From the NCBI GenBank assembly GCA_013239625.1, contig MU053792.1:470941-534940 (forward strand): 64,000 bases of DNA, in the 5' to 3' direction. The position numbers were made by a program, and so were the translations under genes. The notes beneath the pieces are model-generated. The model worked only from the letters and a program-made list of their open reading frames with translations, was not told the origin of the DNA and did not search any database. Source of the stretch: Lama guanicoe (taxonomy: Eukaryota). Below, one piece after another: positions 26,054 through 39,571 of the stretch (position 1 is its first letter; each line of letters opens with the position of its first letter).

Positions 26054-27320
26054 TAATTTTAAAAGTGAGTTAACTAGATCAGATTAGGTTGGTTGGTTGG
26101 TTGGTTTTTAAAGCTCACTTTAGATTCAGTAAGAGAAAGTGGATAGATTGGTACAAGACTGAATGTAGGGATCCAGATGAGATGGTAAGTCCAGATTAGA
26201 ATAGTGTTTATAAAGATAAAGAGAAGTGGAAAGATGTAAGGGGTATCTAGAAGGTATAACTGACAAGACTGCCAATTCAGTTAATATAAGGAATAAGAAA
26301 AAGAAGAAGGAATCATAATTAAAGCAAGTGCCTGCTAGTGCCATTCACTGAGAAGAGAGTGTAAGGGGAAAAAAGATCTTGGTAGTCACGTGTGAGGAGC
26401 TATCCTGTCCGTAACATATGTAGGGCCTGGTACAAAAGTAACAGCACAATGCTTCAGTCATACACAAACATACATATATTCATTTTCATATTCTTTTTCA
26501 CCATAAGCTACTGTAAGATATCGAATATGTTTCCCTGTGTTATACAGTATAAACTTGTTTATCTATTTTATATATACCTGTCAATACCTGCAAATCTCGA
26601 ACTCCCAGTTTATCCCTTCCCACCCACCTCCCTGCTGGCAACCACAAGTCTGTATTCTGTTTGTGAGTCTGTTTCAGTTTTATATATAAGTTCATTTGTC
26701 TTTTTTTTTCAGATTCCACATATGAGTGATATCATATGATATTTTTCTTTCTCTTTCTGGCTTACTTCACTTAGAATGACATTCTCCAGGAACATCCATG
26801 TTGCTGCAAATGGCATTATTTTATCATTTTTTATGGATGAATAGTATTCCATTGTATAAATAGACCACAACTTCTTTATCCAGTCATCTGTCGATGGACA
26901 TTTAGGTTGTTTCCATGTCTTGGCTATTTTAAATAATTTTAAAAGTGAGTTAACTAGATCAGATTAGGTTGGTTGGTTGGTTGGTTTTTAAAGCTCACTT
27001 TAGATTCAGTAAGAGAAAGTGGATAGATTGGTACAAGACTGAATGTAGGGATCCAGATGAGATGGTAAGTCCAGATTAGAATAGTGTTTATAAAGATAAA
27101 GAGAAGTGGAAAGATGTAAGGGGTATCTAGAAGGTATAACTGACAAGACTGCCAATTCAGTTAATATAAGGAATAAGAAAAAGAAGAAGGAATCATAATT
27201 AAAGCAAGTGCCTGCTAGTGCCATTCACTGAGAAGAGAGTGTAAGGGGAAAAAAGATCTTGGTAGTCACGTGTGAGGAGCTATCCTGTCCGTAACATATG
27301 TAGGGCCTGGTACAAAAGTA
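25561..27320. repeat. tandem duplication, 2 x 880 bp (25561-26440, 26441-27320)
   Basis: Copies look identical by eye. The ORF track gives identical peptides offset by 880 (26126/27006; shared stop at 25859/26739). Confidence 0.97.
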
Positions 27321-27520
27321 CAGATAAGCCCTTCTTACATATGTCTGCATATGCGAAAGTTATGAAACAAGTAACAAATGGTTTAATAAAGGTGTTCTAC
27401 TTTACCTTCGTAACCTGGAAGGCCAATTTCAAGTTTAGAATTATTGGACTCCTCCAAATTTTGCACCAGGGCATAGCAACAGAGAGATAGCTGGTCCCCA
27501 CCCCCACTTCTCTCCCTATC
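27275..27520 (+). mobile_element. hAT-type DNA transposon relic (same family as 24180-24345)
   Basis: 'gctatcctgtcc...gtagggcctgg..caaaagtacag...acctggaaggccaatttcaagtttagaatt..ggactcctc'. Confidence 0.45.
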
Positions 27521-28009
27521 CCTGACCCTTTGCCATTTATGCGAATACTCCATCCTACATGTCCACATCTCTTGGAAACAGACATCAAGTGAGCATTCAC
27601 TCCTCAGGTGCAAGGGTCAGCATAGCTGAAGCCGAGGCCTGCTATCAGGGGACAGCCTGTGGGAAGATACCCATACTGGCTCCAGAAAGGGAATTACAAG
27701 GTCCTGGAACAAGAAGTGTGGTCCAGAAGTAAGGACCAAGCCCCAAGAGAGCACATCACTTGGTCCTGCAAACCTCTCAACCCAAGAAGTGGAGGTCAGC
27801 TAGCCAGTGAGGAGCCCTTTAAAGCACAGGGCCCAGGGCATACTTCCCTGTAGCCTGTCTATTAGGAAGAAGGTGTGGTGAAAGTCGGATGCACACAAGA
27901 AGTAATATGAGTTCATCTGGGGACAGGTTCACTTAAAACTGAAGGTAGATTTTCGAAGCAATAACATCAAAAATCAGTTGAAATGCAGATACCCTTTTTT
28001 AGAAAACCA

Positions 28010-28110
28010 ATGTATCATTTTGCTGCTGTAACAAAACACCACAGACTGGGTGGTTTAGACAACAGAAATTCATTTTCTCACAGTTCTGGAAGCTAGGGGT
28101 CCAAAGTCCA
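28010..28110 (-). mobile_element. MLT1 LTR fragment
   Basis: 'gctgctgtaacaaaacaccacagactgggtggtttagacaacagaaattcattttctcacagttctggaagctag'. Confidence 0.8.
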
Positions 28111-28146
28111 ACCTCCCAAACTGGGTGAATTCCCTGTGTCACATGT

Positions 28147-28297
28147 GCTTTAATTTATTTATTTGTTTATTGATTGTGTTTATTTGTTTTGGAAGGAGGT
28201 AATTAGGTTTATTTATTTATTTTAATGGAGGCACTGGGGACTGAACCCAGCACCTTGAGCATGCTAGGCACACACTCTACCACTAAGCTATCCCCTA
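28147..28297 (-). mobile_element. tRNA-derived SINE, camelid Vic-1-like
   Basis: The minus strand has an A box (TAGCTTAGTGG), a B box (GGTTCAGTCC) and an (AAAT)n tail with 'cctaattacctcc'. A 16 bp TSD TCCCTGTGTCACATGT lies at 28131-28146 and 28298-28313. Confidence 0.9.
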
Positions 28298-28724
28298 TCC
28301 CTGTGTCACATGTTTATATAGTTCCACTATATTCCTACAGTTGTTTGCTGAGCTTGTGTCTTTTATTCCACTCTCTTAGATGTGTGAGAATAACTGTACG
28401 TGTCATGTTCAGTGTCATGAGCCAAATACCCAACATTCTGTCTGTAGAGATTATAGGCATTAAGCTGCCAAAAAATGTTTGTATTTCTTTTGAGACATTC
28501 TGCTGAAATCTGTTATCATTTATATAAAATGAGTCAAATCAAATAGTCATTTTAAAGTGACAAAGTTTTTGAGCTCAGAAACCACATGTCTGTTATTCCT
28601 TGCTTATTCAGTACTTAACATGCTTGGCACACTGTAGACGTGCAAGAAGTCAAGGTTAAGTGACAGTGCTCAATACATTAGACGACTTAGAATGTTAAAA
28701 GGATAAATATGCATTGCAGATCTA

Positions 28725-28840
28725 TGTTCCAGCTTGACTCCCATCCCTATACCTGTGACCCAGGACAAGCTGCTTAGCTTCTCTAAGTCTCAGTCTTTTT
28801 TCTATAAAATGAGAGAACAGAAATTCCTACCTTGTAAAAC
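28725..28840 (+). mobile_element. MIR fragment
   Basis: 'ctgtgacccaggacaagctgcttagcttctctaagtctcagtc...ctataaaatgag'. Confidence 0.7.
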
Positions 28841-29521
28841 AGAGAAGACTGGACAGCCTCCAAAGTTATTCTTAATTTGAAGATTGTATTAGTCTAATTT
28901 TTCATCATGGGAGTTATTTTTTATCCCTTTTCTCCTGAATTTTGGTGATTTGATTAATTTAGCTCTTTGGACTAACTACACTAAAAATTAGCCTTGAAGT
29001 AACCCAGAAATGTGCTACAATATGATTTTCTCTGGACCAGAGTTTGTGAAAAGGCAGATCTTTTGAACACCAGTCAATATCATTTAGATCCCGAATTTCC
29101 AAAAGGACCTATTAAAAAACATTTTATCTTGAAAGGTGATATTCCAGACTGTCCTTATGTCTGCTGCCATCAGGGTGCCAGAGGGATCCATTGTCAATGA
29201 GTATATTAATTAGAATTTATGTAATACAATGATTACGACTAGCTTCTCAACTAAGCCCTTAACAATGAAAACTATGTTTTATATACAATTGTGGACAATT
29301 TTATGAGCATTTAACATGATTTCTCAATGCATCATTCAACATAAAATTTAGGGTTAAAATAGGACATCTCTGTACTCATAAGTGTATCATGTCACACACA
29401 CAGAACAATTTCTAAAGTTAAACTAATACTGTGATACTTGATAATTGATATTTTTGTGGTATTTAAAGTTAAATTACTCACTGTAAAGCATGAAAAGATT
29501 TATTCATAATAAAAGGTAAGG

Positions 29522-29720
29522 ACCAGAGTTTCTTAAGTTTGTTCCAGAAAAAAGTCATACTACCAACATCAGAATTATATGGAGTGCTTATTAAAAGTTC
29601 AAACATCTCAGTTTTTTCCCAAGAACTATTGGATGGTTCTGGAATAGTGGTTAGGAACCTGCATTTTTACAAATATCCCCCATGAATGTTACAAACACCA
29701 AAGTTTTAAAATTCACTATT
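29522..29720. mobile_element. MER5A-like hAT-Charlie MITE
   Basis: 'cagagtttcttaagtttg...catcagaatt..tggagtgcttattaaaa...aggaacctgcatttttacaaat.tcccc...aaagttttaaaattcact'. Confidence 0.7.
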
Positions 29721-30219
29721 ATAAAATATGGCTGTGGACAATATATGAGAACATATACAAACAGATTGTGATTTTAAATCATGATTCACATGGCCAGGTT
29801 TCCAAGGTAATGTAATAATTTAAATAGTTTTATGGGATAATTCTGAACTAAAAGTATGATTTTGGAGTTGTACTCTCTTGTGACAGAAGCAAAGTAAACA
29901 CATATAAAGATAGATGATAATAATTAGACAGACAGATAACACATAGATTGATAGGAGGACTAATTTTTGTGCATTGCTATATATAAAATTCTTTCTTTAC
30001 TTCTAAAATGCTTTTAGAAAATGGTAAATTTTATAGAAAAGTAGGCATCTGGCAAGCTATTTTTGATTTACTAAGCTTGGAATAGCTGCAAAAACACTTC
30101 CTCTTACAGGCTTATGTAATCAATCATTTGTTGCTTTCCCTTACATGTCAGCATTAGTTTTATATTTCTAAACTTTCCCCCCATTTTTTAAGCATTAAAG
30201 GAGGTCACAGAGCAATTCA

Positions 30220-31420
30220 GTTCAATTTTAAATTCAATAAAATTAAAAATATATTTAATGAACTGTAGTTCTCTGCTAGCATTTTTCTAAGTGCTGTGGT
30301 AAAGCCAAAGTCTTTAACCATCACAAGCTTCTAACTTTACTTGAAGTCTCCTCCCAGCAAAATAAGAAATAATGGAGTAACTAAATAGACCGTTCTAGAA
30401 TTTGGGTTCGGAACTGGGAGGTGGCACTCAGTATTAATAGAAAGATCCAAAGAAGGCTTCATGATTGAGATGGATGTATGACTTAAGTTTTGACAGGCTT
30501 TGAATAATTCTTCACCCCTTCCATGGAAAACAAAAAAAAACTTTGAAAGTTGGAATGAACATGATTATGCAGGGGTCAGTGAAGGGGTAGTTTATAACTT
30601 AGAGACATCTCAGACTTTCATGTGTGCCAGCTGCTTAGTAAGAATGTAAGCCCTCTGGTATAAGGACTAGGAAGGTAAGACTGATAATAGAAAGATTCTG
30701 AATTATGGAGTTAGAAAAACCTCATTTCTCAATCTTGTCTTTGCAATAAACACCAGTGTTATGTGGAAAATTTTACTAGCATTCTTTGAGATTGGGGTTG
30801 GGTTTCTTTATAACAATGGGAATAATGAATCCTTTCTTGAAGGGCTGCAGTAAAGATGTAATGAGACTAATGCACTCTACAGCAAGTAACAAGGAGTCAA
30901 AAATATGAACTTTCTTAGTATAAGTGCATACCCTACCCATGATAAGAGCTCAATATATGTGATGTGACTGATAGGAGAATAATTCCGTTGTAGTGGGACA
31001 TCATTATACATTTTTTCAAGCATGTTAGAGGTACTTAAACCATGAGAATGATACAATTACACAAGGAGAATATGTAGTGAAAGGTTGATTAAAGGGAGAA
31101 CCACAGAAGGGATCACAATTACAGAATGGGAAGAGGAGAAGAATTCCTCCAAGAAAATAAATAATAAGTTGTCAAAAGTACAGAAATATATGCTCAGGAG
31201 GGCTTAGGAAAACTGAAGGCAAGTGTATAGAAAATGCCAAAACATACGAAGTCCACTGCATTATAGAAACCTGGAAGTGTAAATCCTGAGAAGTTTCCAT
31301 TAGATGGAGGCTATGAGTAAGCCTTAGGAGAGCATGTTTACCTGCATGACTGGGAGAGAAAGCTAACGGCAGGAGGCCGAGGAATAAATGGAAGCTGAGC
31401 AAGCGCAGACAGTGAATTCC
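30220..31420 (-). mobile_element. degraded L2 fragments with an interleaved MIR (~30670-30900)
   Basis: Purine-rich L2-like tracts and MIR-like 'ggagttagaaaaacct...ataacaatgggaataatga'. Confidence 0.45.
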
Positions 31421-31894
31421 TACTGCTTTCCAAGACTTTAGTGATGACAGAAGAGGAAAAGCAATGTACTTAGAAGGGATACTGTGTTAAAGGTGGAAGC
31501 AGAGTCAGAAGCTTGAAACAGAAGTGTGGACCAAAAACTGGTCTCCATGGAGTAAGATAAGAATGTCCAGAGGGAATTCAGTAAAAAGTGAACTGAAATA
31601 TTTACAATCTGTATTAAGTTTAGTGGTAGGAAGTTCTTAAGATCTTTATCACCAATCACAGGAAACATGACAGAATTTTCTTAAATAAGCCACAGTAGTG
31701 GATGAAAGTAGAAAGAAGAATAAGGAGGAAGTGAAGGATGCAGCACAGTTTCTTTGCCTGCATAAATATCAGCAAACGTATGTTAAACTGAAATTAACTG
31801 TAAATATAATCTCTTTTAAATAAGTAACGCTAATAACTAAGGTGTTTGCATAGTATCTATAGCAAAAATCAAGAAATAGAATTGGAGAGGGAAG

Positions 31895-34800
31895 GGAATT
31901 AATAGGAGAAGAGTATGTGGAGTTCACTGCTCTTTACAAACTCACAAACACATCAAAAATACATCTACATGTGGAAAAATTCTCATGGAAAATTAACCGG
32001 AAATTGGCTGAACTCCTATATAACCAAGACAGCAAATAAGACTCCCATCTTATTTGGGAAAAAGCATCAGGCTGGGACTCTCCTATGCCCCTGGGAGAAC
32101 ACTGAAAAGAAAAGGAAGACCACAAGGTCAAAGTAAGTGGGTCAAAATACAGACTGAGCATCCCTAGTCCTCGGCTACTGTGCAGAGGAGACAAACCCTG
32201 GTGGTTGCTTGGAGAACCACGGGGACAGATAGAAAGCTGGAGAAGGAGAAACCTGGACTCCACTTGCAAGGAGTGCATGGGTGCTGGCTTGACATCAGGC
32301 AGGGCAGAGAAAGCCCTGCCCTAGCGGCTGATGCCTCACCACACTCCCCAGTCAAAGCTGAGCAAATACGGAAGCCCCACTCTCTCCATGCCACAGCTTG
32401 GCACTGGAACTAGAAAGGCCAGTTTTTGAGAAAATATTCAGTTTAGAAATGCAGAGGCAGCCCCAGGGGCCTGGGGCACGGTCCAGGTGAGGCAGTGGTA
32501 GCCATTATTGGTGATTACTCAAACAGCATCCCAGAAGAAGCCCAGACTTCTGAGGACAGTGCAGCTGCCTTAAATCCTATGACCACAAGGCCCTGACCCC
32601 CAGTCCTAGCCAAGAGAATGCTCTAGCCTCATCCACTCCATGCCACAACATTGCTCTATGGCCGGGATGACCACAACAGTGGAAAACGTGCAAACTGGAG
32701 CTGCATCTGAGAGGGGCCACAGACAACTACACAAGCAGTGCATCAGATCTCTGTAAGCACATGAACTTCACTTGCTTCAGCACTCCTCTCCATTAGGGCA
32801 AAGTTTCCAGGATGGGGAGAAGGAAGAGCACACACTTAAAGGTAACAGAGTGAGCTTGAGCCCATACCTCTGGGCTTCTTCCCCAGGGACACAGGAGCAG
32901 ACCTCACTCATGACAGGATGGAGATTACCACTGAGCAGAAAGTAAACCCTGCTTCACACTCTGCACAGGCTCTCCAACACCAGCCACACTCTCTGTCAAG
33001 GTGTTAGTGGCTAGCACACCCTGAAGAAAGATGTTTCTGGCATCTACAACAAATCCAGCCCTCACATCAAAGACCTTGAGCAAATGCAGTCTACCGAAGA
33101 ATTTTCCATGTAAAAACACCTCTTCAAGACCATAATAGATAACTCTTTCACCTAAATTCATAGAGACAGAGAAAGTTAAGTAAAATTTAAAAAATCAGAG
33201 GAGTCACTCTCAACTGAAGGAACAGGAGAAAAACCCTGAAAAGATAAATGATGAAACAGAGATAATCAGTCTATCAGAGGCTGAGTTTAAAAACTTGGTA
33301 ATAGAAAGGCTAACTGAATTAAAAGAGAGAATTGATCTAAACACAGATCATTTAAATAAGGAACTCGAAACTATAAAGAAGACCCATTCAATAACAGACG
33401 ATTCAATCTCTGAGATTAAAAAAAAAACACTCCAGAAGGAATAAATAGTCAACTAAATAATACAGAAGAATTCACAAGTGATCTGCAAGACGGAATAATA
33501 AGAATCACCTAATTAGAACAGCAGACAAAAAGACAAATAAAAAATGAAAGCAACATAGGCGATCTATAGGGTAACTTAAAACATGCCAATATGTGCATTA
33601 TAGGGATTCCAGAAAAAAGAAGAGAGAGAGAAGGGGATTAAAAATGTGTTTGAAAAAAATTATGACTGAATACTTCCCAAACCTAATGAAGGAAACAGAT
33701 ATCCAGGTGCAGAAGGCACAGAGGGTCCTAAAGAAGTCCCCTAGACAGTCTCACCAAGAAGAAAAGAGACAGTGCCCAAATAAACAAAGTAAGAAGTGAA
33801 AGAGGTGACATAACAACCAATGCCACAGAGAGCACTATGAGTAGTTATAAGACAACAATTTGGACAACTTAGAAGAAATGGATACACTTCTAGAAGAACA
33901 CAGCCTGCCAAGACTGAGTCAAGAAGAAACAGGCAATCTGAACAATCAATCATTAAAAGTGAAATAGCATCTTTAAAAAAAGAAAAAAAAAAAGCCTCCC
34001 AGCAAACAAATGTCCAGGATTGGACTGGATGGCTTCCCAGGGGATTGCTACCAAACACAAAGAAAAAGTTAGATCTATCTTTCTGAAACTATTCCAAAAA
34101 ATTAAAGAGGAGGTAACACTCCCAAATTCTTCCTTTGGGGTCACTAATACCCTGATACCAAGAACAGACAAAGACACTGAAAAAAAAAAAAGAAAGAAAG
34201 AAAATTACAAGTCTGTATCTTTGATAAGTATATATGCAAAAATTCTCAACACAATATTAGCAAACTGCATCCAACATTATATAAAAAGGATCATACACTA
34301 TAATCAAGTTGGATTTGTTCCATTGTCATAAGGATGGATCAATACATGCAAATTAAACAATGAGATACACTACATTAACAAAAAGAAGGAAAAAACACAT
34401 GATAATCTCAATCTATGCAGAAAAAGCATTTGACAAATTTCAAAATTCATTCATGAATAAAACACTCATCAAAGTGTGTATAGAAGGAACATACATCAAA
34501 TAATGAAGGCCATTTACAATAAACCCACAGCCAACAAAATACTGAACAATGAAAGCCTTTCTGCTAAATTCAGGAAAAAGACAAGGTTGCCCATTCTCAT
34601 TGCGTGTACTTAACATAGCACTGGAAGTCCTAGTCACAACAATCAGACAAGAAAAAGAAATAAATTGTATTCAAATTGGAAAGGAAGAAGTAAAAGTGTC
34701 ACCATTTGCAGGTGACATGTTAGCTTATATAGGAGCCACTGAAGTCTCCACTCAAAAACTATTAGAACTAATACAAAAATTCAGCAAGGTAGCAAGATAT

Positions 34801-36722
34801 GAGATTAATGTGCAGAGATATGCTGTGTTTCCATACATAATAATGAAACATCATAAAGAGAGAAAGCTTTTTTAAAAAATCCCATTAAAAATCACATAAA
34901 AAATATCTAGGAATAAATTTAACCCAGGAGGTGAAAGATCTACACTTGAAAACTGTAAAACACTGATGAAGGGAATTAAAGATGATTCAAAGAAATAGAA
35001 AAATATCCTGTGCTTTTTGGATTGGAAGAAATAATATTATTTAAATGACCACAGTACTCCAAGCAATCCACAAATTTAAAGAAATTCCTATCAAAATACC
35101 TGGGATATTTTTCACAAAACCAGGGCAAATAATTGTAAAATTTATGAAACCACAAAAGACCCTAAATTGCCAAAGAAATCCTGAGAGAAAACAACAAAGC
35201 TGGAGGTATCACGCCCAGACTTCAGACTATACTACAAAGATACAGTAATCATAACAGCAAGGTACTGGCACAAAAACAGACACATAGATCAAGGGAACAG
35301 AATAGAGACCCCAGAAATAAACCCACACTTCTATGTCAACTGATCTACAACAAAGGAGGCAAGAATATACAATGGAGAAAAGACAGGTTTTCAACAGATG
35401 GTGCCAGGAAAACTGGACAGCCACATGTAAAACAATGAGATTAGAACATTCCCTAACCATATAAAAAAAAAACTCAAAATGTTTTAAAGACTTAAATGTA
35501 AGACATGAAACCATAAAACTCCTAGAAGAGAACATAAGTGGAGCACACTTTGACATAAACTGTAGTTAATATTTTCTTGGATCAGTCTCCTAAGGCAAAA
35601 GAAATAAAAGCACAAATAAACAAATGTGACCTGGTTAAACTGAAAAGCTTTACACAACAAAGGAAACCATCAACAAAATGAAAACACAACCTATGGAATG
35701 GGAGAGAATATTTGCAAATGTTGTGAAAAACAAAGGATTAATATCCAAAATATACAAACAGAGCATACAACTAATTATCAAAAAACAAACAAATAACTCA
35801 ATTTTAAAATGGACAGAAGACTTGAATAGACATTTTTTTCCAAAGACAGAGATGGCTAACAGACAAATGAAAAGATGTTAAATATGGCTAAATATTAGAG
35901 AAATGCAAATCAAAACCACAGTGGGATCATTACCTCACACCTGTCAGTATGGTAATGGTTACCATCAAAACGTCTACCAATAATAAATGTTGGAGAGGAT
36001 GTGTAGAAAAGGGAATGTTCATATGCTGTTGGAAGGAATGTAAATTGTGCAGCCACTATTGACAACTGTATGGAGGTTCCTTTAAAAACTAAAAATGGAA
36101 CTACCATATGATCTAGTGATTCCACTTGTGGTTATATATCCAGGAAAAAAAAAACCCACTAATTCAAAAAGATACATGCAATCTTTATAGCAGAACTATT
36201 TGCAATAACCAAGATATGGAAGCAACCCAAAGCCCCATCAATGGATGACTGGATTTAGGAGATGTGCTATACATTTGATTACTCAGCCATAAAAAGAAAA
36301 TGAAATACTGCCATTTTCAGCAATGTGGATGATTCTAAAGAATATAATACCCAGTAAGTCAGAGAAAGACAAAAAATACTATATGATATCACTTAAACGT
36401 GAAATCAAAAAAATTATACAAATGAATATGTATGCAACACAGAAACAGATTCACAGACATAGAATACAAACTTGTGGTTACCAAAGGGGAGATGAAATGG
36501 GGAAGGGACAAATTAGAGGTATGGGATCAACAGATATAAACTTCCATACATAAAATAAATAAGCAACAGAGATACATTGTATAGTACATGGAATTATACC
36601 CATTATCTTGTATTAACCTATGATGGAATATAGCCTGCAAAAATACTGAATCATTATGCTGTACATCCGAAATGAACATAATATTTTAAATCAACTATAC
36701 TTCAACAAACAATAAAAACAAA
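31895..36722 (+). mobile_element. older L1 with 5' UTR, internally deleted (ORF1 C-terminus, spacer and EN missing)
   Basis: GC-richer 5' UTR 31900-33150, ORF1 remnants (…MTEYFPNLMKETDIQVQKAQRV), then a jump at ~33740 to post-EN ORF2. RT 'GKRQGCPFS...FAGDM'; 3' UTR ends 'tcaactatacttcaacaaacaataaaa'. Confidence 0.93.
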
Positions 36723-37359
36723 TTTCAAAGTTTAAGTACTATATAAAGCTCTGAAACAAGCAAAATTTAAATATTTTGTTTAAGCTTCATATATGGTTTT
36801 AAAAATTCAAGGGAATGATAACCCACAATTCAGAGCAGTGGGAAGGTAGTGGAGTAGGATAGAGGAAACACACAAGTCATCTCAGTGGCATTAATAATTT
36901 TCTAGTTAAGCTGGGTGGTGGTTTTACAGCTGTGTATTATTTTGCTCCATAACTTACATTTACTTTTGTTTATAACAAACACTACAGACTATAATTATAC
37001 TTAAAGACCTTTTTAATAACCCTAGCTCCTATCCTTCTGTCCAAGTAATTAGATTTCCACACATGTTCAGACCATTAGACCCTTGCATTTTCTGCAGTAC
37101 CCTTTGCATAGAAAGCACTCAGATTGCCACTGTGACTTGTGTTCCCTGATGTCACTTGTAACAATCAGCTTACTTGTTAATTTTGCTCAGTTAACACTGG
37201 CAGTTACACTTTCTACCATTCATTCTCTTCCAGGCGAAAAGGATTTTGAATGTGATTGTGTATCTTCTAGATGTCAGATACTACCTGACATTTTCATTTA
37301 GTACCTTTAATCATTAAAGTTAATCTTGTGAAAACATTTTAATGTAATATTAATAACCC

Positions 37360-37585
37360 CTGGGCCTAGGGATTAAAAATGTTAGTTTTGAAGTCAGACA
37401 TCTTGGGTTCAAATCTTGTCTTCATCACTTGGGAAAGTTAGCCTCATTACACTTCCATTTTCTCATTTATAAAGTGGAGGTAATAAAAAAAATTCACAGA
37501 GCTACCCTGTGGGAGTTTATACACTTGAACCACTTACAAGAGTGGTTGGCATCTGTAAGCTTTTAATTCATGTCGGTTATTATTT
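37360..37585 (+). mobile_element. MIR
   Basis: 'ttttgaagtcagacatcttgggttcaaatcttg...ttttctcatttataaagtggaggtaataa'. Confidence 0.75.
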
Positions 37586-37699
37586 TGTGCATGTTAGATG
37601 TTTATTTTCTAAAATAAAGCTTTTAAAGAGGACGTCCACCCCAGCCCCAACCCTGAATCCTTTAAAAATTTTTGGAAAAAAGAGAACAGTTAAAAAATT

Positions 37700-37960
37700 A
37701 TTACAAAAATGGATGAACCTAATACTTAAGCTAAGTAAAAGAAACCAGTTGCAGCAGATTATATGTTATGACTCCGCTTGTATGAAGAGTCCTTAAGAGA
37801 CAGATTTATAGACAGAAAGCAGAACAGTGGTTCCCTAAGGATCTGGGTAAGTGGAGGAAGTTAAACGGGGGCAATGGGAATGTTCTAAACCTGGACTGTG
37901 GTGATGATTGCACAGCTCCATAAATTTACTAAAATTATTGAATTATACACTTATAAAAGT
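37700..37960 (+). mobile_element. old L1 (L1MB/ME) 3' fragment
   Basis: 'atggatgaacct...gctaagtaaaagaaaccag...aatgttctaaacctggactgtggtgatgattgcaca...aaatttactaaaattattgaattatacactt'. Confidence 0.75.
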
Positions 37961-38994
37961 TTTTTAAAGAAATAGTTTCAGAGTTTTTACTTTAACAGAA
38001 CTTTTACCAGGGTGGGTAAAATCTGATGAAACTCTCATATTTGAATGTAGTCACAAATCCAGTAATATATTGTTATATGTGGGAGGCAGAGACCAGATCA
38101 TGCATTACTTGGGGAAAAGTTAATTTTGTTAAGCCTTGCTATTCAAAAATGTAGTATATCTTTCAAATTAAAAAAAAAGAATTGGAAAAAGAGGAATATT
38201 TAAGTTTGAATGGGCACTGTATTATTTTTTTTTCAATATATGTTTTCTTCTCTACTCAACTCAGTTTACAAAACCAACAACCTTGTCATCCAGGGAAGAA
38301 TTATTACAGTATTGCTCCAAGAAAAAAAAAAGTCTAGGCACAGTGCCCATCAAGTTATGTATTATCTAAGAGAATTTAAAAATACCTGTGAAACATAAAA
38401 GAGAATTCTATCCTCTGACTACTAAACACACACCATCCCAAATCAAATTCCTAAAATAAAGTAAGAGAACAAAGTAAAACAAACAACATATTTGTAAATT
38501 CTGTCATATAAATTACACAACAAAATTTCTAACCATTCTTTTCCATTAAAGATTCAACTTCTCTTTCTGAAATTACTTTGACACTGGAATTCAGGTAAGA
38601 TTTCTCTTGGTTTATTACAGTCTGCTTCCCAATTCACTAGCTTTTATTCAAATTTCTTCACTTTCTGACATGTGCTTTGCAGTAAGTTGATATTCATCTG
38701 GAAATAGTTTTCCTAGATTCTGACGATGTCTATGCCAGCAGCTGCAAGCTCGCTGAGAATACAGCAAATGTGCATGCACAGGACAAAATTCTTCCAATTA
38801 GGACTGCTGTTTAACTGGCAAGTTTGCTGTCAAGGGGCATGACCACTGCATTTTATTCAAATCTGAGTTCCATGGAAGTGTAGATATTTAAGAGCCTATT
38901 AGAGAATTTGCATAAGAGTTAAAAGAGAAAATAGATGTGTTTGAGGGAAACAAATCTGACTTGATTTTAACATTATTCTTTTCTTAAACTACTT

Positions 38995-39250
38995 GAGCAG
39001 TGTAGCAAGCTGGTTAAGCGTGTCAGCTCTGGAGTTAGAAATGGATAAGAATTCTAGTTATGCATCTTGGCAAGTCATGGGATTGTAGATAAGATTCTGA
39101 ACCCACCTGAGACTCACTTTTTCATAAAATGGAGATAAAATATATCCATCCTGGGCTGTTTAAAACTGAAATGAAATGATAAAAATCAATCACTCAGCAG
39201 AGGGACCATCAGATAGTCAGTTCTCAGTGAATTGTGGCTGCTACAATCAT
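38995..39250 (+). mobile_element. MIR
   Basis: 'ggttaagcgtgtcagctctggagttaga...ataaaatggagataa'. Confidence 0.7.
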
Positions 39251-39406
39251 CCAGACAAGGACAAGGAAACCGTTCTTGATTTCTTAATTCAATGGCATAC
39301 ATTATAGACTCAATAAATATTATTAAATTAAATTTTTTTTCTGTTTTAAATTTTACTTCAACGGATCTTAATGCCAGCTTATACTGAAATATTAATTTTT
39401 GAACTT

Positions 39407-39571
39407 TTATGCACGTATGTTGTACCTGGCTTCAGAATCCTTCCATTTGCTCTGCAAATATAATTCAGTTCTTTCTTTTCTTCCTTCCATACTGACTCCT
39501 CTTTGAGCCTTTGTGAATGTGATGCTGCTGATGGTGGTCAAGGTTTTTAGAAGCAGGAGCATCCACAACAT
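39407..39571 (-). other. candidate signal-peptide-encoding exon (possibly a pseudogene relic)
   Basis: MLWMLLLLKTLTTISSITFTKAQRGVSMEGRKERTELYLQSKWKDSEARYNI. Possible donor CAG|GTACAA at 39426/39425. The acceptor is weak. Confidence 0.25.

Noticed and set aside
25518..26739. Duplicated 113/115 aa hydrophobic ORFs as a gene pair
   Set aside because: They are antisense readings of an L1 3' UTR, repeated only because of the tandem duplication.
28215..28297. tRNA gene
   Set aside because: The tRNA-like head is followed by an AT-rich tail and flanked by a TSD, so it is a SINE.
38551..38600. Small plus-strand exon (AAG|ATTC...CAG|GTAAGA)
   Set aside because: Plausible splice signals, but no partner exons or recognisable peptide.
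38560..38900. Downstream lipase or kinase-like exons on the minus strand (ALKYLHFHG; NW...LAAAGIDI)
   Set aside because: Motif spacing does not fit the families and the frames contain several stops; consistent with chance.
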